Assembly: GCA_040081625.1 (NCBI GenBank)
Contig: JBEBGD010000104.1
Span: 1 to 19,524, forward strand
From: Chthoniobacteraceae bacterium
GTDB taxonomy: Bacteria; Verrucomicrobiota; Verrucomicrobiia; Chthoniobacterales; Chthoniobacteraceae
DNA: 19,524 bases
Direction: 5' to 3'
The notes under the pieces were generated by a model. The model was given only the letters and a program-made list of their open reading frames with translations, did no database searches and was not told the DNA's origin. Made by a program: the position numbers and the translations under genes. Below are positions 1 through 10,175 of the stretch, in pieces; positions within the stretch are counted from its first letter, which is position 1, and every line of letters begins with the position of its first letter.

Positions 1-689
1 GCCCGCGGTGCGCGAGACTTTCGCGTCGAAGTTTTGCCCCGCCAGCGCCTCGACGCTGACCTTCACCGGCTGGCCCTTAGCGGCGAGCACGGCGTCGAGC
101 TCGGGCATCGCGACGTGCGCGCGCAGCGTGGTCGTTTCCATGATCGTGAAGAGCGCCGCATTCTCCGCCGCGCTGCCGCTGGTCGCGGCGGGGACGAAGG
201 CGCCGCTGTCCACGAGGCGCTGCGTGATGATGCCGGAAAACGGTGCGGTGATCTTTGCGAAATTGAGCAGCGTCTGCGTGCGCTGCAGGTTCGCGTTCGC
301 CACGTCGTAGGCGCCGCGCGCCTTGTCGAGCATCTGCGGCACGACGAGGTCAGCGGCCTTCTTCTGCGCGTCGCGCAGGCGCGAAAGCTCAATCTCGGCG
401 ACCTTCGCGTCGGCCTCGAACTTCATGATGTCCGCTGAGAGCTCGGGCACCTCGATCGTCGCGAGCACCTGGTCGGTTTTCACGAGGTCGCCGATGTCGA
501 TGGAGACGTTGGTGAGGTAACCCGCGACCTTCGCGTAAAGCGTCGCCTGCTGGTTCGCCTTGAGCGTGCCGGGGAGCGTGACGTAGCGCACCACGTCGGC
601 GCGCGCGACTTTCGCGGCTTTCACCTTCGCCGGCTCGGCGGCGAATGCGGACGACGTGAGGCAGGCGAGGAGCAGGATGGATCGTCGAA

Positions 690-693
<4 letters not shown>
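1..693 (-). CDS. RND efflux periplasmic adaptor (membrane fusion protein), 3' end beyond the window
   Basis: Not in the ORF track. My translation from ATG 693 gives MIRRSILLLACLTSSAFAAEPAKV...LYAKVAGYLTNVSIDIGDLVKTDQVLATIEVPEL...AKITAPFSGIITQRLVDSGAFV: signal peptide, lipoyl half-motifs and a coiled hairpin typical of MFPs. ATGA overlap with the stop of the RND permease. Confidence 0.92.
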
Positions 694-3842
<3,149 letters not shown>

Positions 3843-3878
3843 CGGGAGAGCGGGCGCGTTGCTAATGGACGCGAGTCT

Positions 3879-4490
3879 TTAACGCAACGACGGCTGCAAG
3901 CGCCACCGGCACCACCACCCGAGCGCGAGGCCAAAGGCGAGATGAGCGGACGCGGTGAGGAAGAGAAAGCGGCCATCAAGCGCGAGGCCGAAGAATTTCG
4001 TGTAAGGCGTGAGCAGCAGCATCGCCTCGATGAAAAGCGCCCACGCGACCGCGCCCCAGAAAAGCACGCGCGGCGACGCCTTCGTGACCATCGCGAGGAA
4101 CATGATGCCGAGCGCGGCGCCATTCGAGAAGTGGTAGGTCCAGCCCAGCGTCTGCACGAGCCACGATGGTTCATTCGCGCCGAGGAGGAGCTGGCCGAAA
4201 CGCGGGAACACCTTGAAGAGCGGCGCGCCGCCGAGCACGAACGGCAGCCGATACAGATCGTAAACCGCCGCCGCCACGACCCCGCCGAGCGCGCCCTGCA
4301 CGATCCACGTGTGAGCGCTGTTTATGCCGCTCTCGCGACGAGCGCGCCACGCGATGAAGGCGAGCAGCGCCGTCGCCGGCGGCAGCACCCAGCAGCCGAA
4401 AACGCGCATCGACCAAAAGCCGAAGAACTGGCCGAGCAGGCAGGCGAAGGAGAGAAAGGCGAGAGCGAAGACGAGCGCGCGCAGTGGCAT
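3879..4490 (-). CDS. Uncharacterised polytopic membrane protein with two intramembrane His-Gly motifs
   Basis: From ATG 4490 (MPLRALVFALAF...), 203 aa with about 5-6 hydrophobic segments. Motifs GWTYHFSNG and AHLAFG. Ends 36 bp upstream of the RND permease on the same strand. Confidence 0.8.
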   Translation of the reverse strand: MPLRALVFALAFLSFACLLGQFFGFWSMRVFGCWVLPPATALLAFIAWRARRESGINSAHTWIVQGALGGVVAAAVYDLYRLPFVLGGAPLFKVFPRFGQLLLGANEPSWLVQTLGWTYHFSNGAALGIMFLAMVTKASPRVLFWGAVAWALFIEAMLLLTPYTKFFGLALDGRFLFLTASAHLAFGLALGWWCRWRLQPSLR

Positions 4491-4555
4491 CGGCGCAGGC
4501 GAACACAAATACCGGCGATGCGCAGCATCCTTTAGTTCGCGATCCGCATTCGCTC

Positions 4556-6142
4556 GTGGCGCGCGGGCGCTGTGCGTGCAAATCTGCGCGCCTGAAAACC
4601 GAATCATCCCCGGCCGCATCGCGCAGCGGCGCCACGGGTATCGCCGCGTTTGTTCTCCTCGCGGGGCTGGCAGCGCCTTTTATCCTGGCGCTGGCGATGA
4701 CCGAGGGCGTGAGCCACGATGAGCATCAGCACATCGCCGCCGGGATGCTGTGGGGGCGCGACGGGTTGCTGCCCTACCGGGATTTTCCGCTCTTCCACAC
4801 GCCGTATCTGACGTTCGTGTATGGCTGGCTGTTCCGGCTCACGGATTATCCGCTGCTCGCGGCGCGACTCTTTTCCGCAGGATGCGCGACGGCGATGGTG
4901 GCGCTGATCGGTGCCGTCGCATTTCGCGCGTTCCGCGATCGCGGGACGAAAGTTGCGTGGCGCGTGGCGATGGCGGTGACGGGGCTTTGCGTGGTTTCGT
5001 CGCTTTTCACGGGCACGACGGGACGCGCGTGGAATCAGGAGCCATCGACGCTGCTGGCGGTCGGCGCGTTCGTGCTGCTCGGGCACGGGCTGGACTCGGC
5101 ACGGCGCGGCTGGCTGCTCGCGAGCGGAGCCTTGCTCGGGCTGGCGATCGGGATGCGGATCACCTACGCGCCGCTGATCGCACCACTCGGGCTGGCGACG
5201 CTGCTCGGCGCGCAGGCGTGGGGCGTGCGACTGCGGGCGGCGATGACTTTCAGCGCGGGATTGCTCGCGGCGCTCGCGGGCGTCTTCGTGCTCTACGCGA
5301 AGGCTCCGGAGGCGTTCATCTTCGGGAACTTCGAGTTTGCGCAGGCGAGCATCGACTACCGCATGGCCACCGGCGAACCGCGCACGATGACGCTCGGGAA
5401 GAAGATTCGCTTCCTCTGGAAGGAAATCGTCCGCGGCGACGCCGGCTTCATGCTCGCGACGCTGCTGCCGGTGCTGACGACGCTCTGGCTGGCGTGGAAG
5501 AAACGCGTGACGGTGCCCGCGCCGCTGCGGCGGTTCGCGCTGGCTCTGCCATTCGTGCTCTGGGGCTCGATGGCGCCATCGCCCGTGTTCGATCAGTATT
5601 TCTATCCGCTCGTGCCCTTCCTCGCGCTGGCCGGGATTTATTCGCTGGCGGCGCTGCCCGTCGGTTCGCGGGCGTGGCTGTGGAACTGGCGCGCGGGCCT
5701 CGCCGGGCTGGTGCTGGCGGTGGGGTCAGCGGTGCGCACGGAAACTTTCGACGGGCTCGACCATCTGTTCCAGCCGCACAAATGGGCCACCTTCGAGGCC
5801 CATCGCGAGGGCATCGCGCTGCGCGAGCATCTGCCGTCGGGCCGCGTGCTGACGCTCGCGCCACTGCTGCCGCTCGAGGCTGGATTGCGCATCGATCCGG
5901 CTTTCGCTCCCGGGCCATTCGCGTGGCGCGTGGCGGACTATATCGATCCGGCCAAGGCGCGGCGCCTCGGCATCGTCACGCCCGCCACGCTCGCCGAACA
6001 TCTCGCCGCGGTGCCGCCCGATGGCGTGCTGACCGGCGCGGAGGAAACGGGCGAAGCGGCGCTCGTCGATTATGCGCGCGCACGCGGCTTCATCGCCCAT
6101 CCACTCGAGGAAGAGCAGCGCATCTGGGCGCCGCCACGCTGA
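4556..6142 (+). CDS. GT-C superfamily membrane glycosyltransferase (ArnT/PMT/GT39-like)
   Basis: First TM followed by a loop with HDEHQH...LLPYRDFPLFHTPY (DE motif plus PYRDF..HxP), then many TM helices and a soluble C-terminal domain. Start uncertain (ATG 4484, GTG 4556 or CTG 4592). Confidence 0.75.
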   Translation: MARGRCACKSARLKTESSPAASRSGATGIAAFVLLAGLAAPFILALAMTEGVSHDEHQHIAAGMLWGRDGLLPYRDFPLFHTPYLTFVYGWLFRLTDYPLLAARLFSAGCATAMVALIGAVAFRAFRDRGTKVAWRVAMAVTGLCVVSSLFTGTTGRAWNQEPSTLLAVGAFVLLGHGLDSARRGWLLASGALLGLAIGMRITYAPLIAPLGLATLLGAQAWGVRLRAAMTFSAGLLAALAGVFVLYAKAPEAFIFGNFEFAQASIDYRMATGEPRTMTLGKKIRFLWKEIVRGDAGFMLATLLPVLTTLWLAWKKRVTVPAPLRRFALALPFVLWGSMAPSPVFDQYFYPLVPFLALAGIYSLAALPVGSRAWLWNWRAGLAGLVLAVGSAVRTETFDGLDHLFQPHKWATFEAHREGIALREHLPSGRVLTLAPLLPLEAGLRIDPAFAPGPFAWRVADYIDPAKARRLGIVTPATLAEHLAAVPPDGVLTGAEETGEAALVDYARARGFIAHPLEEEQRIWAPPR

Positions 6143-6186
6143 TTTCCGCTGGCCACGCGGGCCGGCTTGGGTTTATCGGGAAGCCG

Positions 6187-7359
6187 ATGCTTTCACCCGA
6201 GGCACAGCTCGAACAACTCCGTCGCGGCGCCGCGCAGATCATCTCCGAACAGGAGCTGCTCGCGAAGCTGCGCCTTGGCCGCCCGCTGAATATCAAGCTC
6301 GGCGTCGATCCGACCGCGCCGGATATTCATCTCGGCTTCAGCGTCGCGCTCACGAAGCTGCGGCAATTTCAGGACCTCGGGCACCAGGCCATCCTCATCA
6401 TCGGCGACTTCACGGCGATGATCGGCGACCCGAGCGGCCGCTCGAAGACGCGCCCGCCGCTCACGCACGACCAGGTGATGAGCAATGCGTCGTCGTTCAA
6501 GTGCCAGGCTTTCAAAATCCTCGATCCCGACAAGACGCGCGTGGTCTTCAACGGCGAGTGGTTCGAGATGATGAGCTTCGAGCAAGTCATGCGGCTAAAC
6601 GCGCGCGTGACGCTCCAGCAGATGCTCCAGCGCGAGGATTTCCGGAAGCGCTACGACAGCGGCGAGCCCGTTCACCTTCACGAGATCCAATACCCGATCA
6701 TGCAGGGCTGGGACTCGGTGATGATCAAGGCGGATGTGGAACTGGGCGGCACCGATCAGCTTTTCAACATCCTCGTCGGGCGCGAACTCCAGCGCGCCGA
6801 GGGCCAGCCTGAGCAGGTCGTCTTTCTCAACACGCTGCTCGTCGGGCTTGATGGCGTGCAGAAGATGTCGAAGAGCTACGGCAACTATGTGGGCGTGAGC
6901 GAGGACGCGAAGACGCAGTTCGGAAAGTTGATGAGCATCAGCGACGAGACGATGACAACCTACTACTCGCTGCTGCTCGGCGAGGACGTGCCCGCCGGGC
7001 ACCCGATGGATGCGAAGAAGCAACTCGCGCGGCGCATCGTCGAGCGTTACCACGACGCGGCCGCCGGCGCCGAGGCGCTCGAGGATTTCAACACGCGCTT
7101 CAGCAAACGCGACCTCGCGCACGCGGACCTGCCGATCGTAAATCTCGCCGGCGTGAATCCCGACATCGTCTCGCTCGTCGTCGCCGCCTACGCGCAGGCC
7201 TACGACATCACGCGCAGCCGCGGCGACGCGCGCCGGCTCGTCGAGCAGGGCAGCGTCACGCTCGGCGACGAAAAGGTGACCGATCCGAAAGCCACGCCCG
7301 CGCCTGCTTCCGGCGCGGTGCTCAAGCTCGACAAGACGCGCGCGGTGCGCGTCGCGTAG
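6187..7359 (+). CDS. tyrS: Tyrosine--tRNA ligase
   Basis: From ATG 6187: KLGVDPTAPDIHLGF (HIGH-like), IGDFTAMIGDPSG, YPIMQGWDS, ELGGTDQLFN, KMSKS, and a C-terminal S4-like segment (SRGDARRLVEQGSV). Confidence 0.97.
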   Translation: MLSPEAQLEQLRRGAAQIISEQELLAKLRLGRPLNIKLGVDPTAPDIHLGFSVALTKLRQFQDLGHQAILIIGDFTAMIGDPSGRSKTRPPLTHDQVMSNASSFKCQAFKILDPDKTRVVFNGEWFEMMSFEQVMRLNARVTLQQMLQREDFRKRYDSGEPVHLHEIQYPIMQGWDSVMIKADVELGGTDQLFNILVGRELQRAEGQPEQVVFLNTLLVGLDGVQKMSKSYGNYVGVSEDAKTQFGKLMSISDETMTTYYSLLLGEDVPAGHPMDAKKQLARRIVERYHDAAAGAEALEDFNTRFSKRDLAHADLPIVNLAGVNPDIVSLVVAAYAQAYDITRSRGDARRLVEQGSVTLGDEKVTDPKATPAPASGAVLKLDKTRAVRVA

Positions 7360-7361
7360 GC

Positions 7362-7922
7362 TCAGTTCGCCTTCCCTGTCGCGAACGTCTCGAACAGCGG
7401 GACGAGATCGATCGCCTCATTCGCCGCATCGCGCAGCGCGCCGCCGAGGTTCGGCGCAGCGGCGGCGACTTCCACGCGGATGCCGCGCCGGCGCAGATGC
7501 AGCGCGAGCGGCGCGAAGTCGGAGTCGCCCGTGACGAGCACGACCACGTCGGGCGCCATGTCGCGCGAGAGCTCGACGGCATCGAGCGCCATGAGCACAT
7601 CGACGTTCGCCTTGTAGCGGCCGTCTTCGGATGGCGCGCCGTCCTTCGCGACAACGAGGAACCCATGCGCGCGCAGCCAGTGGAGGAACTTGTTCTTCTT
7701 GTCGCGCTCGGTCTGCCAGTCGGGCATCACGGGCGGCAGGCCGACATAGACGACCATCTCGATCAGCGACCGGCCTTGATCGGCGCGCGTTAGGAATTCC
7801 CGCAGCTTGCTCCAGTCGAGGTTGCGATTCGTCGCCCGCACGGAGCTGACGATGTTGGATTCATCGACGAGCACCAGGACGCGCGACACGGCAGCGTCCT
7901 CCGGGGCTTTCGCCCGCTTCAT
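7362..7922 (-). CDS. NYN domain protein (LabA/DUF88 family, PIN-like fold)
   Basis: Acidic motifs VLVDESN, KANVDVLMALD and VLVTGDSDFAPL...RRRGIRVEV typical of NYN/LabA proteins. Confidence 0.9.
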   Translation of the reverse strand: MKRAKAPEDAAVSRVLVLVDESNIVSSVRATNRNLDWSKLREFLTRADQGRSLIEMVVYVGLPPVMPDWQTERDKKNKFLHWLRAHGFLVVAKDGAPSEDGRYKANVDVLMALDAVELSRDMAPDVVVLVTGDSDFAPLALHLRRRGIRVEVAAAAPNLGGALRDAANEAIDLVPLFETFATGKAN

Positions 7923-8074
7923 TCAGCGTCCGGCGGAGACGCGGGAGTCTGCTCCGTCCCATCGGACGGCTCTGCTGGCTTGGGTTCCAGTTTGCGCAGC
8001 CGCTTCTCTTCCTTCTTGGCTTTCTTGGCCATATCACGGCGTCGCTTCTCGAATGAGTAATTTGGTTTTGGCAC
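7919..8074 (-). CDS. Small basic protein (51 aa)
   Basis: GTG 8074: MPKPNYSFEKRRRDMAKKAKKEEKRLRKLEPKPAEPSDGTEQTPASPPDAE. Locally AT-richer sequence, ATGA overlap with the NYN gene start, promoter-like motif directly upstream. The KPNYxFEKRxxxxAKK N-terminus resembles small bacterial hypothetical proteins I recall. Confidence 0.72.
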   Translation of the reverse strand: MPKPNYSFEKRRRDMAKKAKKEEKRLRKLEPKPAEPSDGTEQTPASPPDAE

Positions 8075-8080
8075 GAGCGC

Positions 8081-8108
8081 AGGCTGGCGCAGCGCGGTGG
8101 AAAAACAA
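8081..8108 (-). promoter_or_regulatory. Putative sigma70-type promoter (TTGTTT-N16-CAGCCT), leaderless geometry, for the small protein/NYN pair
   Basis: The -10-like hexamer ends 6 nt before GTG 8074. Motif match by eye only. Confidence 0.35.
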
Positions 8109-8124
8109 CGAACTTTGTCGTCGC

Positions 8125-9204
8125 TCAGCGGACAAGACCCGGCGGCCTCGGCAAGGCCGGCGTCGCGAGCCGGCGCGCGATGACCGCGGCAGCCAGCGAG
8201 CCGACCATGTAGAGCAGCCCGACGCCGATCGCCCACGGCATGTAGCGGGTGAAGGCGGCGTCGCGCGAATACGCGAGGCCTTTCACGCGCGGCGGATCCT
8301 CCGGCACGTAGGCGACCTGCACTTCCGCGCCGATCTCGCCCGGCGGGATGTAGAACTCACCTTGCGCGAGCGTGACGCCCTGCGATCGACCGCTCGGATC
8401 GATGAACCTGACCCGGTAATGATCGCGCCACGGCTTCGCTGTCGCCCTCTCGATCACGACGACCTTGCCGGTGAGGATGATCGCCTTATGCCACCGCTGC
8501 ATTTCCAGCCACGCCTGCCAGCCGATCAAGCCGAGCGCGATGACGAGCGCGAGGTTGAGGATGCGCTGCAGAGGGTTTGAGCGCGGGGCGGGCCGGTTCG
8601 GGACCCGCTCCCCGACATACTCGTCGCGCAAGAATTTCTCGCGATCGGGGCGCGCGGTGATCTGCCGCTGCGCCTCGGTCACCGGGCCGATCAAGTCGCG
8701 CGGCACATCCTCCGCACGGCGCCAGATGATCTCGTTCACCTCGCCGCCGCACATGACCAGGCCGAGCCCGCGCGAACGAATCCACACCGTCGCCTCGCTC
8801 AGCAGCCGTGCGTCCGAGAAGGGCCCGGGGCCGGGCGGCTCGAGATCGGCGAAGGCTTCGTCGGTCGCGTCCTCGGGTCGCCAGCCCGCGCCCCGCGCGG
8901 CATCGCCGAGCACTGCGAGCGCCTCGTGCAGCGGCAGGCCCGGGAGCGGCCGGCCGGCCCAATGGCAGCCTTCGTCGTCGAGCGCGATCTGCCGCAGCGG
9001 CTGGTCGCCGCCCTCGGCGAAGCGCAACTCTACGCCCCATTTTTCGCCGACGGCGAGCAGCCAGCCGGGATCGGTTTCGTCCTCGTTGGAAATCTCCGCA
9101 CCCGCAGCCTCGATCGCGCGCAACGCATCCGCGCGCGTCATGCCGGGCTTCAAGCCGCGCCAGTTCGTTGCCGTCGCGAGGTCGGGATGGGAATCGTCGG
9201 TCAT
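8125..9204 (-). CDS. Membrane protein with C-terminal DUF3592-like module
   Basis: From ATG 9204 (MTDDSHPD, ATGA overlap with the upstream gene), 359 aa. About 215 aa soluble N-terminus, then TM, beta-rich GKVV...YRVRFIDPSG...GAEVQVAYVPEDP segment, and a second TM. Confidence 0.75.
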   Translation of the reverse strand: MTDDSHPDLATATNWRGLKPGMTRADALRAIEAAGAEISNEDETDPGWLLAVGEKWGVELRFAEGGDQPLRQIALDDEGCHWAGRPLPGLPLHEALAVLGDAARGAGWRPEDATDEAFADLEPPGPGPFSDARLLSEATVWIRSRGLGLVMCGGEVNEIIWRRAEDVPRDLIGPVTEAQRQITARPDREKFLRDEYVGERVPNRPAPRSNPLQRILNLALVIALGLIGWQAWLEMQRWHKAIILTGKVVVIERATAKPWRDHYRVRFIDPSGRSQGVTLAQGEFYIPPGEIGAEVQVAYVPEDPPRVKGLAYSRDAAFTRYMPWAIGVGLLYMVGSLAAAVIARRLATPALPRPPGLVR

Positions 9205-9644
9205 GGATAGTCGATCGCGACGATCTCCAGCTCTTCCTCGCCGGATGGAAAGCGGAAACGCACGCGCCCGCCGGAGCGCGCGCCGAGCAGCGCCTTCGCG
9301 ATCGGCGAGAGCCAGCTCACCCAGCCGCGATCGGGGTCGGTTTCGTCCACGCCGACGATGCGATAACTCGCCTCGCCGCCGTCGCGCCGGACCGCGACGA
9401 CCGCGCCGAAGCGCACCACGCCGCGATCCGCCGGCGACGGCGTGACGACGGCGGTGCGCAGCGTCTCCTCGATCTGGCGGCGGCGTTTCGGCGCGCAACC
9501 CGGCGCGTCGAGTTCTTCGCGCAGCCGCTCGGCGCCGTCGGGAGTCAGCAGATTTTTCGTGCCCGGCGGAAGTGCGGCGGATGGCCGCGGCGCCAGCGGC
9601 TCGTCGTGCTCGTCGTCGGACTCGCGCGTGAAGGCCTTGCTCAT
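9201..9644 (-). CDS. GreA/GreB-family protein with shortened N-terminal coiled coil
   Basis: MSKAFTRESD...NLLTPDGAERLREEL...VRFGAVV...YRIVGVDETDPDRGWVSWLSPIAKALLG, a clear Gre C-terminal domain. No D-x-x-E-N acidic tip. Confidence 0.9.
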   Translation of the reverse strand: MSKAFTRESDDEHDEPLAPRPSAALPPGTKNLLTPDGAERLREELDAPGCAPKRRRQIEETLRTAVVTPSPADRGVVRFGAVVAVRRDGGEASYRIVGVDETDPDRGWVSWLSPIAKALLGARSGGRVRFRFPSGEEELEIVAIDYP

Positions 9645-9680
9645 GCCGAAGCGGAATGCGGGTTCATCGAATTGCGCGGG

Positions 9681-9708
9681 AGCTTTGGCGCACACTTGTT
9701 TGTGTCAA
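9681..9708 (-). promoter_or_regulatory. Putative sigma70 promoter (TTGACA-N16-AAAGCT) for the gre-like cluster
   Basis: Consensus TTGACA at 9708-9703 in an AT-richer divergent intergenic region. Confidence 0.5.
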
Positions 9709-9711
9709 TGC

Positions 9712-9739
9712 TCGACAGAATCGCCGACACCCCTACGGT
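9712..9739 (+). promoter_or_regulatory. Putative sigma70 promoter (TCGACA-N16-TACGGT) for DUF485-actP
   Basis: Near-consensus -35 and TAnnnT -10 ending 9 nt before ATG 9749. Confidence 0.45.
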
Positions 9740-9748
9740 CCGCGCTCC

Positions 9749-10168
9749 ATGAGCACTCCCGAGAACTTCGACCCCACGCCGATCAGCGGCGGCCCGACGG
9801 ACGTTTCGCCGCTCGGACGCGGCGGCGAGAAGCCCGCCCACGAACGCACGGCCTCCGAAGACGGGGATCCGTATGATTGGTCCGCCATCGCCGCGCATCC
9901 CGAGTTCGCCGCGCTCAAGCGCGCGAAGCTGCGCTTCATCATCCCCGGCACGATCTTCTTCCTTCTCTTCTACATGTCGCTGCCGGTGCTCGTCGGATTC
10001 TTCCCCGCGCTGATGAAAACCGCGGTCTGGGGAAAGGTGAACATCGCCTACATCTTCGCGCTCTCGCAGTTCGTGATGACGTGGGTCGTCTGCGCCCTCT
10101 ACGTGCGCGCCGCCAAGCGCTGGGACCGCATGAACGCGGAGCTGCTCGCCAAGTTCCCCCGCCGCTAA
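9749..10168 (+). CDS. DUF485 (YjcH-like) small membrane protein, partner of ActP
   Basis: HPEFAALKRAKLRFIIP...two TMs...YVRAAKRWD pattern, in the canonical position immediately upstream of actP. Confidence 0.9.
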   Translation: MSTPENFDPTPISGGPTDVSPLGRGGEKPAHERTASEDGDPYDWSAIAAHPEFAALKRAKLRFIIPGTIFFLLFYMSLPVLVGFFPALMKTAVWGKVNIAYIFALSQFVMTWVVCALYVRAAKRWDRMNAELLAKFPRR

Positions 10169-10175
10169 TTTTTCC

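Noticed and set aside
4750..6186. Apparent 479-aa N-terminal extension on TyrRS (869-aa ORF)
   Set aside because: It is an Arg/Ala-rich alternative frame overlapping the glycosyltransferase. TyrRS homology begins at ATG 6187.
6143..6186. T-box leader upstream of tyrS
   Set aside because: Only 44 bp intergenic, and no T-box consensus or terminator.
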